Shown here: positions 31,374 to 39,251 of the stretch, one piece after another
Position numbering within the stretch: the first letter of the stretch is position 1
Layout: every line of letters starts with the position of its first letter
IMG/VR virus record: IMGVR_UViG_2541047719_000008
Source of the DNA: a virus
Taxonomy: Duplodnaviria; Heunggongvirae; Uroviricota; Caudoviricetes
Length of the DNA stretch: 55,177 bases
Direction: 5' to 3' (one strand)
Translations under genes and position numbers: made by a program
Notes under the pieces: model-generated
What the model was told of the DNA's origin: nothing
The model's input: the letters and a program-made list of their open reading frames with translations, nothing else
Databases searched by the model: none

Positions 31374-31596
31374 CTGTTCACCACTGTTCACCCTGTCATA
31401 AATATCTTTTATATCAGTATATTATAGGGTGAACAGTTATTTATGAACTGTTCACCAAACTATTCACTGTTCACCTTTTTGATTGTTTATTGAGCTTCAA
31501 GGGTGAACAGTGGTGAACAGTTGGTGAATAGTTTTTGTGAAACTGTTCACCCATTAACATTATGAATTAAAAGAGAAAATATCAAAAGGTGAACAG
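31374..31596. repeat. Iteron array, candidate replication origin of the element
   Basis: At least nine copies of the 9-mer CTGTTCACC/GGTGAACAG in both orientations (e.g. 31374, 31384, 31428, 31448, 31467, 31502, 31512, 31543, 31588) in AT-rich non-coding DNA. Confidence 0.7.
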
Positions 31597-31647
31597 GTGA
31601 AGGGTTAAAACGCAAAAATTTTAATTTACTGCTGTGAGATAAAGCCT

Positions 31648-31893
31648 ATGACAGCGAAGCACACAAAAAAATCACAATCGCACGCCCTTGATTTGACGGA
31701 ACACTGGTTAAGGGTGTCGATAAAAATCATCGACCGCAACGCCGGGGAAGGATACGCGAAAGCACATCCCGAACTGATTAGCGCATTCATGACAACGGCG
31801 GCTGCAAACTTTGCCACTCTGACCGAACGGGAGATTGCTGAAGCGGAGGAAGTGGCAACAATCAATATTAAGTCCGGAGAGCAGGCAGCATGA
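31648..31893 (+). CDS. Hypothetical protein
   Basis: 81-aa ORF between the origin and ssb. Confidence 0.4.
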   Translation: MTAKHTKKSQSHALDLTEHWLRVSIKIIDRNAGEGYAKAHPELISAFMTTAAANFATLTEREIAEAEEVATINIKSGEQAA

Positions 31894-32339
31894 CGGCGCA
31901 AATATCAGTTTACGGGCGGTTGGTGGACGACCCGCAGACAAAACAGACCAGCAAGGGCACCCCCATGACGCTGGCGCGTATGGCGGTATCACTGCCCTGC
32001 AGTCAGTCGGATGACGGTCAGGCGACGATGTGGTTATCTGTCCTGGCGTTTGGCAGACAAGCCGACGCGCTGGCAAAGCATCACAAAGGCGAACTCCTGA
32101 GCGTGGCGGGTAATATGCAGGTGAGCCAGTGGACTGGACAGAACGGTGAAACGCGGCAGGGCTGGCAGGTTATCGCAGACAGCGTAATCAGTGCGCGAAC
32201 GGTGCGACCGGGCGGCAAAAAAGGTCAACAGGGTCAGGCTACTGACGCACTGAACAGAGCAAAACAACAGGCAGATCAGCAAGGAAGCCATCCACCAGTG
32301 GGAGATAATGAACAATGGGGAGATGATATTCCGTTTTAA
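31890..32339 (+). CDS. ssb: Single-stranded DNA-binding protein
   Basis: OB-fold-like N-terminus, Gly/Gln-rich linker and the canonical acidic tip DDIPF at the C-terminus. Confidence 0.75.
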   Translation: MTAQISVYGRLVDDPQTKQTSKGTPMTLARMAVSLPCSQSDDGQATMWLSVLAFGRQADALAKHHKGELLSVAGNMQVSQWTGQNGETRQGWQVIADSVISARTVRPGGKKGQQGQATDALNRAKQQADQQGSHPPVGDNEQWGDDIPF

Positions 32340-32550
32340 ATATTGCCAATAAAAAAGGCCGGAAAAAAATAAATTTTCCGGCATGCTACATAAATCCCGA
32401 CCAAAGGGAGTGAAGATATTAACACTAATTATCCGCGCTGAAGTTGTTATCCCAAAACTTTATACAACATTGCACTCGGTTGCATGTATTCGCATGACAA
32501 ATATCGGTGATAGCATATATCCACAATTATTTTTAATGAATGCAAAGAGG

Positions 32551-33597
32551 ATGCGTATGGTTGATTTATATTCGCCTACCCAGCTTGTACAGGTGGTTAA
32601 TGCTGTAGATGTACAAAAACAACTAAATGCGTTGTTTACCAGTTTGTTTTTTACTCGCTCGGTAATGTTTGAATCGCGCGATATTATTCTTGATACAATC
32701 GACGATCCAAATATCCCAATTGCAGCGTTTTGTTCTCCTATGGTGGGTAGTAAAGTTTCACGTGACGAAGGGTACGAATCAAAAACAATTCGTCCAGGCT
32801 ATATGAAGCCGAAAAGCAGCATTGATCCAAATAAGTTAGCTGTGCGCCCTGTTGGTGTATCACCTGAGCAATACAATGCTTTTGGAGCGCGTAATATTAA
32901 AGTTAAACAGGCGATTGTAAATCAGGCTAAAGCTATTCGTGCACGTATTGAATGGCTTGCCGTTCAGGCAATCACAACGGGGAAAAATATCATTGAGGGC
33001 GATGGTATTGAACGTTATGAGCTGGACTGGAATATTAAACCACAAAATATCATCACTCAGTCTGGCGGTGCTGAGTGGTCAGGTAAGGATAAAGAAACTT
33101 TTGATCCAAATGATGATATTGAGAGCTACGCAGAATTTAGTGAGGGCGTCACTAATATTATCATTATGGGCGGTAATGTATGGAAGAAATACCGTTCATT
33201 CAGAGCGATAAAAGAGGCTCTGGATACCCGTCGTGGTTCTAATTCCGAACTGGAAACGGCCCTTAAAGACCTTGGTGATTCGGTGAGTTTTAAAGGGTAT
33301 ATGGGCGATGTTGCGATTGTTGTTTACAGCGGGCGTTATACCGACGAGGACGGAACAGAAAAACATTTCCTTGATCCTGATTTGATGGTGCTTGGCAATA
33401 CGGCTCTTCAGGGGATTGTCGCCTATGGCGGTATTCAGGATCCGGAGCTAATCCGAATGGGGCTGACTAAAGCCGAACTTGCACCGAAAAACTATATTGT
33501 GCCTGGTGATCCGGCTATTGAATATGTGCAGACACATTCAGCACCACAGCCAATACCGGCCCGCATCAATCGTTTTGTTACCGTTCGCATTGGCTAA
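32551..33597 (+). CDS. Major capsid protein, lambda E-like paralog encoded by the inserted element
   Basis: Full-length homology to the split prophage E gene (RPGYMKPKS vs RPGYVKPKH; LDTRRGSNSELETALKDLG; YSGRYTDEDG; GDPAIEY). Start at MRMVDLY with AAAGAGG RBS; the tool ORF starts at 32383. Confidence 0.8.
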   Translation: MRMVDLYSPTQLVQVVNAVDVQKQLNALFTSLFFTRSVMFESRDIILDTIDDPNIPIAAFCSPMVGSKVSRDEGYESKTIRPGYMKPKSSIDPNKLAVRPVGVSPEQYNAFGARNIKVKQAIVNQAKAIRARIEWLAVQAITTGKNIIEGDGIERYELDWNIKPQNIITQSGGAEWSGKDKETFDPNDDIESYAEFSEGVTNIIIMGGNVWKKYRSFRAIKEALDTRRGSNSELETALKDLGDSVSFKGYMGDVAIVVYSGRYTDEDGTEKHFLDPDLMVLGNTALQGIVAYGGIQDPELIRMGLTKAELAPKNYIVPGDPAIEYVQTHSAPQPIPARINRFVTVRIG

Positions 33598-33606
33598 GGG
33601 GGAGCA

Positions 33607-33948
33607 ATGGCTACTCATTACACTGAACTCATGGCTGGCACTGAAGCACTGGTGACTACGCTGGGGATATTTTCAGCTAATAAAGGGGTAATTCCTGCAT
33701 TTACGCCACTGATGCAGGAAGATGCAACAGGTGCACTGGTAGTATGGGATGGTTCGAGCGTAGGTAAAGCGGTTTATGTTTCCGCTGTACAAATCGACAC
33801 CGCGAAAAAAACACAGGCTCAGGTCTATAAGACAGGTGTCTTAAATGTTGATGCTCTGAACTGGCCTGAGTCTGTTAAAGAACTGTCAGTAAAGGTTGCA
33901 GCGTTTGTTGGCTCAGGTATTTCTGTTCAGCCGCTGGCTCGTGTGTAA
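33607..33948 (+). CDS. Head decoration protein, lambda D-like paralog encoded by the inserted element
   Basis: 113 aa sharing TPLM, VVWDG, YK(T/S)G, NWPESV and AF(V/A)GS blocks with the prophage D protein. Confidence 0.75.
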   Translation: MATHYTELMAGTEALVTTLGIFSANKGVIPAFTPLMQEDATGALVVWDGSSVGKAVYVSAVQIDTAKKTQAQVYKTGVLNVDALNWPESVKELSVKVAAFVGSGISVQPLARV

Positions 33949-33959
33949 AGGGGGATACA

Positions 33960-34343
33960 ATGCAGAATGATTACAATGACCTTAAGCCAATTGCCGAAAT
34001 GATGTACCCGAATCAAGCTGTAGAGGAATTAAAAGCTATCGCTGACAAAATGTGTTTAAGCGAGCGCCTTGTTGATATGAATCAGGTGATGGAAATTACA
34101 ACCCTGAGTCGTCGTACACTGCTAAACCTTGAGGCTAGTGGAGAGTTCCCGGAGCGTGTGCAGGTTACGGAAGGGCGTAAGGCCTGGTATTTAAGTGAAG
34201 TGATCGACTGGATAAATAATATTCCTCGCGCTTCTGAATATTGCCGCGTACCTGTCCCAAAAAAGCCAGATGCGGCGCTATGCCTCAAGATTGAGCGTGT
34301 ACGCCGCAATGCACGGGATGGTCGCTATAAGCTGATTGGTTGA
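33960..34343 (+). CDS. AlpA-like HTH DNA-binding protein
   Basis: MEITTLSRRTLLNLEASGEFPERVQVTEGRKAWYLSEVIDWI matches the AlpA-type HTH; precedes the element's cos site. Confidence 0.5.
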   Translation: MQNDYNDLKPIAEMMYPNQAVEELKAIADKMCLSERLVDMNQVMEITTLSRRTLLNLEASGEFPERVQVTEGRKAWYLSEVIDWINNIPRASEYCRVPVPKKPDAALCLKIERVRRNARDGRYKLIG

Positions 34344-34369
34344 TGAAATTAGGGCCTGCTCTGGCTGGC

Positions 34370-34434
34370 GGGTCCTTTCCGGCGATCTGACAGGCTACGG
34401 GGCGTCAGGCGCGCGGGTTTTCGCTATTTATGAG
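34370..34434. other. Second, element-borne cos site with variant cosN (GGGCGTCAGGCG)
   Basis: GGGTCCTTTCCGGCGATCTGACAGGCTACG + GGGCGTCAGGCG + CGCGGGTTTTCGCTATTTATGAG aligns to the prophage cos at 19350-19416, with five substitutions in the 12-nt cohesive-end segment. Confidence 0.7.
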
Positions 34435-34535
34435 CATTTTAAGGGGACTGGTGGTGGTTTTGTTGTTCGCTATATCTGTATGAATAATAAGAGAAAAATA
34501 CAATCAATACACCAACCTGAAACAGTAATTAAGTT

Positions 34536-35087
34536 GTGGTATCAATGAAATTACACCTGATGAACAAAAAAAACATGGCAAAAAGTTGCCGTGTAAGCGC
34601 CACTGCGTTCGATAAGTGGGGAGTGATTCCCGTCGAGCGTAAGGGCCGTGAGGCGTTCTATGATGTTGCCAGTGTAATAGATAATCGGGTTAACAATGCA
34701 ATCAGCCAGATTACAAACGAAACGGGCGATATTGATGACGATGAACTTTTACGCGTCAGGATCAGATTACTGACAGCACAGGCAGAGGCGCAGGAGCTTA
34801 AAAACGAGCGCGAACGCGGCGACGTTATTGATACAGAGTTTTGTATGTATGTTCTTTCCAAACTGGCGAGTCAGATTTCATCTATCATGGACAGCCTGCC
34901 GCTTACCATGCAAAGGCGCTTCCCACAGATGACTCCGGCTATGCTGGATGGACTTAAAAAGGAAGTGGCTAAAGCCTGTAATGCCAGTGCCGGCGTTGCT
35001 GACAACCTCCCACAGATACTGGCTGATTATCTGATGGAAAGTACAGGAAACGTACCGGATAAGTTGCAGCTGAATAAGGATAAGTAA
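34536..35087 (+). CDS. Terminase small subunit, Nu1-like paralog encoded by the inserted element
   Basis: SATAFDKWGVIPVERKGREAFYDV ... YVLSKLASQISSIMDSLPLTMQRRFPQMTP parallels the prophage Nu1 (SVQAFDKWGVPPVERRGREVFYDV ... ALSKLAMALSSTLDSIPLSMQRQFPDLTP). Confidence 0.8.
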   Translation: MVSMKLHLMNKKNMAKSCRVSATAFDKWGVIPVERKGREAFYDVASVIDNRVNNAISQITNETGDIDDDELLRVRIRLLTAQAEAQELKNERERGDVIDTEFCMYVLSKLASQISSIMDSLPLTMQRRFPQMTPAMLDGLKKEVAKACNASAGVADNLPQILADYLMESTGNVPDKLQLNKDK

Positions 35088-35098
35088 CGTAGTACGCT

Positions 35099-35374
35099 AT
35101 GACTGAATCCGAACTACTGAAAGTAATCTGCCATGCTGGTGGAGTCAGCCACCAGCATGACGAACAGGCCACGCAGCCGGGCAGTGTCACCGCTGAAAAT
35201 TACGCTCGTGTGGTTGCTGAGGTTATGTGGCGTGACGGTATAGAACTGAACGGACAGGATTGCTTAGTCATCCGCACCAAAGTGCTGGCTATACTGGCAG
35301 CTAGGCGGAGGCAGGGACAACGCCAGAACGTTGCATCGTACCAGTGGAAGAAGCCTGACAGACTGCGGCGATAA
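35099..35374 (+). CDS. Hypothetical protein
   Basis: 91-aa ORF after the Nu1-like gene; no motif recognised. Confidence 0.35.
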   Translation: MTESELLKVICHAGGVSHQHDEQATQPGSVTAENYARVVAEVMWRDGIELNGQDCLVIRTKVLAILAARRRQGQRQNVASYQWKKPDRLRR

Positions 35375-35776
35375 CTCTTTGATTTTCTCGACGGCCCCAA
35401 AATGGGCCTTACCATAGCCAGCTAATAAATGAGCAAGCCTCAAAAGTGAGGTTTGTGGCCGTTTGGCCTATTCATATGCTAACTCGTTGATATTCCTGAC
35501 GACGCAAATTTACGCCTTGTGGCTGGTAGTCGAATTGCAAATTTGCAACTCGACTATGAAACTACAGGTAGTTTGGGTAGTAAAAGCAACACACTGATTT
35601 TGGGGCTTCTTCGCGATACCTAATATTATGGTATCGGTGGAAGAGATATCGTTTCTCATAGGTTAGCACCGAGGGCGGAGTTCCGCCCTCATCGAAAAAT
35701 TGCTTACGAGTCGTCAAAATAAATTAATCGACTGAGTATAATGATTAACTAATTGCTCGTGTTACTTCATTATACG

Positions 35777-36538
35777 TTATTTCCCATCTTTAAGGTTTAA
35801 CCAAGTGTTAATTAAAAAAAGAGCCATTGAGCCTGATAAATTTACTGCAAGTTCGGCATGCCTTGGGGATGGCTTAATTGATGAGCTGTTCGTTCCATGT
35901 GCATCACCGAGTTTATTACGAAGAGTACCTAACCCATTTACAACTGCAGAACAACCGCCGAGAATTTGTTTGAAGATATTTTCAGTATGTTGGTCGGCAG
36001 ATAGGTTAAGTTCTTTTGAAAGAGTTTTATAAAGCTCTGACATTTCAATATTTTTATTATTATACTGAATGCCCATATCATCAAGAATGTGTTTGCAAAC
36101 TGTTTCAAGAAGTGTTCTTGCGGAGGTTATCGCACCATCCGGATCTGTATGGCGCCGTTCAAGTGCTTTTATCCAAACGGCGTGGACTCCATCCTCGTTA
36201 AACTTTCTTAATACATCAGATATGTCTTCATCCGCTGGAGCTTTATTTTTCCCTTCTAGATAGTCCAGCATCGGCTGAAATGCCTTATAAATCAAATCTC
36301 TCCGGGGGGCATACTTTTCAGTCTTTTTTATAAATCCCCAAAATTCTTTTAGTGAGCGATTAGTTCTCACAAACTCTGGTAATAGCTGATGTAAAGGAGG
36401 ATTTTGTAAGAAATATGTTCTTAGAAGCAAATAATCATTATTAGCTTCATCCTGGGCTCCTGTAGCTCTTGCAATTAGTATGTTTTGAAGCGCTACTGCG
36501 CGCTCTAGGTCATTTTGAAGGGTATCTATAATATTCAT
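35777..36538 (-). CDS. AT-rich cargo gene: Abi_C-like (abortive infection C-terminal domain) protein
   Basis: 253 aa; C-terminal GTLRNKLGDAHG resembles the conserved R-N-x-x-G-x-A-H-G signature of Abi_C domains; opposite strand and AT-rich. Confidence 0.5.
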   Translation of the reverse strand: MNIIDTLQNDLERAVALQNILIARATGAQDEANNDYLLLRTYFLQNPPLHQLLPEFVRTNRSLKEFWGFIKKTEKYAPRRDLIYKAFQPMLDYLEGKNKAPADEDISDVLRKFNEDGVHAVWIKALERRHTDPDGAITSARTLLETVCKHILDDMGIQYNNKNIEMSELYKTLSKELNLSADQHTENIFKQILGGCSAVVNGLGTLRNKLGDAHGTNSSSIKPSPRHAELAVNLSGSMALFLINTWLNLKDGK

Positions 36539-36697
36539 AACAAATCTTTATTCACTTCATTTGTGGGTTGATAATTGAATGGTTTGTACATTGATTTCTG
36601 TGTATTGCAGTGTGTATTGCAACATAGCCATTCAGGTAGAGATTATGCTCTATTTTTCCTCTTATATCATTCACATACTTACACCATTGACTCATGT

Positions 36698-36708
36698 AGC
36701 CGAAACAC
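36698..36708. other. Right junction core repeat (attR-like) AGCCGAAACAC
   Basis: Imperfect copy of the left junction 11-mer, at the exact point where the E reading frame resumes. Confidence 0.55.
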
Positions 36709-37491
36709 GAATTTAATTACCAGCAGGCGGTTGAGCGCCTTCCTGGTGAAGATCCATCTCAACTGAACGATCCGGCTTACCGCCGTCTGCGTATCATTAC
36801 CGATAACCTCAAACAGGAAGAGCACGCGATTGTCCAGGTGGAAGAAATGCAGGCGGTAAATGCTGTGTTGTATGGCAAATACACCATGGAAGGAGACCAG
36901 TTCGAGAAAATTGAGGTCGATTTTGGCAGGTCGACGAAGAATAACATCACACAGGGTAGCGGTAAGGAATGGTCAAAACAGGATCGTGACACGTTCGATC
37001 CTACACATGATATTGACCTTTACTGCGACCAGGCCAGCGGTCTTGTGAATATTGCCATCATGGACGGTACCGTCTGGCGTCTGCTGAATGGTTTTAAGCT
37101 GTTTCGCGAAAAACTGGATACCCGTCGCGGTTCAAATTCACAACTCGAAACGGCAGTGAAAGATCTGGGCGCAGTGGTGTCCTTCAAGGGGTATTACGGC
37201 GATCTGGCTATTGTTGTGGCGAAAACGTCTTATATAGCAGAAGACGGTATCGAAAAACGTTATCTTCCAGATGGCATGCTGGTCCTGGGGAATACTGCTG
37301 CAGATGGGATCCGTTGTTACGGAGCCATTCAGGATGCGCAGGCGTTTTCCGAAGGTGTGGTGGCTTCTTCCCGTTATCCGAAACACTGGCTGACGGTGGG
37401 GGATCCTGCCCGTGAATTTACCATGACGCAGTCCGCACCGCTGATGGTGTTGCCGGACCCGGATGAGTTTGTGGTGGTACAGGTGAAATAA
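36700..37491 (+). pseudogene. E: Major capsid protein E, C-terminal fragment
   Basis: Frame opens after a TAG at 36697-36699 and reads PKHEFNYQQAVERLPGEDP ... DPAREFTMTQSAPLMVLPDPDEFVVVQVK, matching lambda gpE from about residue 80 to the end. Confidence 0.85.
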
Positions 37492-37542
37492 TCCGTGAGC
37501 GGGGGCGAAATGCCCCCGTGTCTTTTTTCACAGGGGGCTGAT

Positions 37543-37917
37543 ATGGCAACGAAAGAGCAAAATCTGAAACGGCTTGATGAACTGGCCCTGATTCTGGGGC
37601 GTGAGCCGGATATATCCGGGAGTGCCGCAGAGATAGCGCAGCGGGTGGCGGAATGGGAAGAGGAAATGCAGTCATCCGGCGATGATGTACAGGTTATGAA
37701 TATGGATATCCGGGAGCAGGAAACCGCGGCTCATGATGTTCGTGAGGAAACATCCGGCGCGTTAACGCGCATCAGAGTTCTGACCTGCCTCCATCTCTGT
37801 GGCATTGATGGTGAAACGGGGGAATCCGTTGAGCTTGCGGATGTTGGTCGGGTGATTCTGATTATGTCCTCAGATGCAAAAACACACGTTGATGGCGGAA
37901 TGGCTGTTTATGCGTGA
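37543..37917 (+). CDS. DNA packaging protein FI-like
   Basis: Acidic ~125-aa protein between E and FII; assigned mainly by position. Confidence 0.5.
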   Translation: MATKEQNLKRLDELALILGREPDISGSAAEIAQRVAEWEEEMQSSGDDVQVMNMDIREQETAAHDVREETSGALTRIRVLTCLHLCGIDGETGESVELADVGRVILIMSSDAKTHVDGGMAVYA

Positions 37918-38263
37918 TTTTCAGAATGCCTTTGATGCCGCCCTTGCCGGGGTGGACAGTACGATTGTTGAAGTGATGGGCATCAGTGCGCAGTTCACCT
38001 CCGGTGCACAGCGTGGCGGCGAGGTTCATGGCGTTTTTGACGATCCGGAGTCGCTGGGTTTTGCCAGTAGTGGGATCCGTATTGAAGGAAGCAACCCGTC
38101 ATTATTTGTGCTTACGGATACGGTTTGTGCTGTACGGCGTGGTGACACGCTGACCATTAACGGCGAGATATTCTGGGTGGATCGTGTTTCTCCGGATGAC
38201 GGAGGGAGTTGTTATCTCTGGCTCAACCGGGGGCAACCACCTGCCGTTAACCGTCGCCGCTGA
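37910..38263 (+). CDS. Head-tail joining protein FII
   Basis: GVFDDPES ... RGDTLTI ... FWVDRVSPDDGGSCYLWL ... PPAVNRRR, near-identical to lambda FII over the C-terminal half. Confidence 0.8.
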   Translation: MRDFQNAFDAALAGVDSTIVEVMGISAQFTSGAQRGGEVHGVFDDPESLGFASSGIRIEGSNPSLFVLTDTVCAVRRGDTLTINGEIFWVDRVSPDDGGSCYLWLNRGQPPAVNRRR

Positions 38264-38273
38264 AAGGGGATGT

Positions 38274-38852
38274 ATGGCCATAAAAGGTCTTGAGCAGGCC
38301 GTTGAAAACCTCAGTCGTATCAGCAAAACGGCGGTGCCGGGTGCCGCCGCAATGGCCATTAACCGCGTTGCTTCATCCGCGATATCGCAGTCGGCGTCAC
38401 AGGTTGCCCGTGAGACAAAGGTACGCCGGAAACTGGTAAAGGAAAGGGCCAGGCTGAAAAGGGCCACGGTCAAAAATCCGCAGGCCAGAATCAAAGTTAA
38501 CCGGGGGGATTTGCCCGTAATCAAGCTGGGTAATGCGCGGGTTGTCCTGTCCCGACGCAGGCGTCGTAAAAAGGGGCAGCGTTCAGCCCTGAAAGGTGGC
38601 GGCAGTGTGCTTGTGGTGGGAAACCGTCGTATTCCCGGCGCGTTTATTCAGCAACTGAAAAATGGCCGCTGGCATGTCATGCAGCGTGTGGCGGGGAAAA
38701 ACCGTTACCCCATTGATGTGGTGAAAATCCCGATGGCGGTGCCGCTTACCACGGCGTTTAAACAGAATATTGAGCGGATACGGCGTGAGCGTCTTCCGAA
38801 AGAGCTGGGCTATGCGCTGCAGCATCAACTGAGGATGGTAATAAAGCGATGA
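38274..38852 (+). CDS. Z: Tail completion protein Z
   Basis: MAIKGLEQAVENLSRISKTAVPGAAAMAINRVASS..., essentially lambda gpZ. Confidence 0.9.
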   Translation: MAIKGLEQAVENLSRISKTAVPGAAAMAINRVASSAISQSASQVARETKVRRKLVKERARLKRATVKNPQARIKVNRGDLPVIKLGNARVVLSRRRRRKKGQRSALKGGGSVLVVGNRRIPGAFIQQLKNGRWHVMQRVAGKNRYPIDVVKIPMAVPLTTAFKQNIERIRRERLPKELGYALQHQLRMVIKR

Positions 38853-39244
38853 AACATACTGAACTCCGAGCAGCCGTACTGGATGCACTGGAGAAGCATG
38901 ACACCGGGGCGACGCTTTTTGATGGTCGCCCCGCTGTTTTTGATGAGGAAGATTTTCCGGCAATTGCCGTTTATCTCACCAGCGCTGAATACACGGGCGA
39001 AGAGCTGGACAGCGATACCTGGCAGGCGGAGCTGCATATTGAAGTTTCCCTGCCTGCTCAGGTGCCGGATTCAGAGCTGGATTCGTGGATGGAGTCCCGG
39101 ATTTATCCGGTGATGAGCGATATCCCGGCACTGTCAGATTTGATCACCAGTATGGTGGCCAGTGGCTATGACTACCGACGCGACGATGATGCGGGCCTGT
39201 GGAGTTCAGCCGATCTGACTTATGTCATTACCTATGAAATGTGA
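38849..39244 (+). CDS. U: Tail terminator protein U
   Basis: 131 aa [17 protein letters not shown]..., matching lambda gpU. Confidence 0.85.
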   Translation: MKHTELRAAVLDALEKHDTGATLFDGRPAVFDEEDFPAIAVYLTSAEYTGEELDSDTWQAELHIEVSLPAQVPDSELDSWMESRIYPVMSDIPALSDLITSMVASGYDYRRDDDAGLWSSADLTYVITYEM

Positions 39245-39251
39245 GGACGAT

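Larger units (their letters stand above)
25976..36697. mobile_element. Satellite-like integrative element (~10.7 kb) inserted in gene E
   Basis: Bounded by the split E gene and 11-bp direct repeats; carries int, alpA, a primase with iteron origin, ssb, E- and D-like capsid genes, its own cos and Nu1-like gene, and AT-rich cargo genes. Confidence 0.8.

Noticed and set aside
31374-31596. Possible CRISPR array suggested by the repeated GGTGAACAG units
   Set aside because: The repeats are only 9 bp, occur in both orientations with irregular spacing, and lie directly downstream of a primase gene; this is an iteron origin, not a CRISPR array.
32797-32826. Possibility that the element entered E by homologous recombination between its own E-like gene and the prophage E
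   Set aside because: The element's E-like gene has a similar motif (CGTCCAGGCTATATGAAGCCGAAAAGC) but lies ~4 kb inside the element, not at a junction, and the junctions carry a short direct repeat next to an integrase gene; site-specific integration fits better. Left as an alternative to test.
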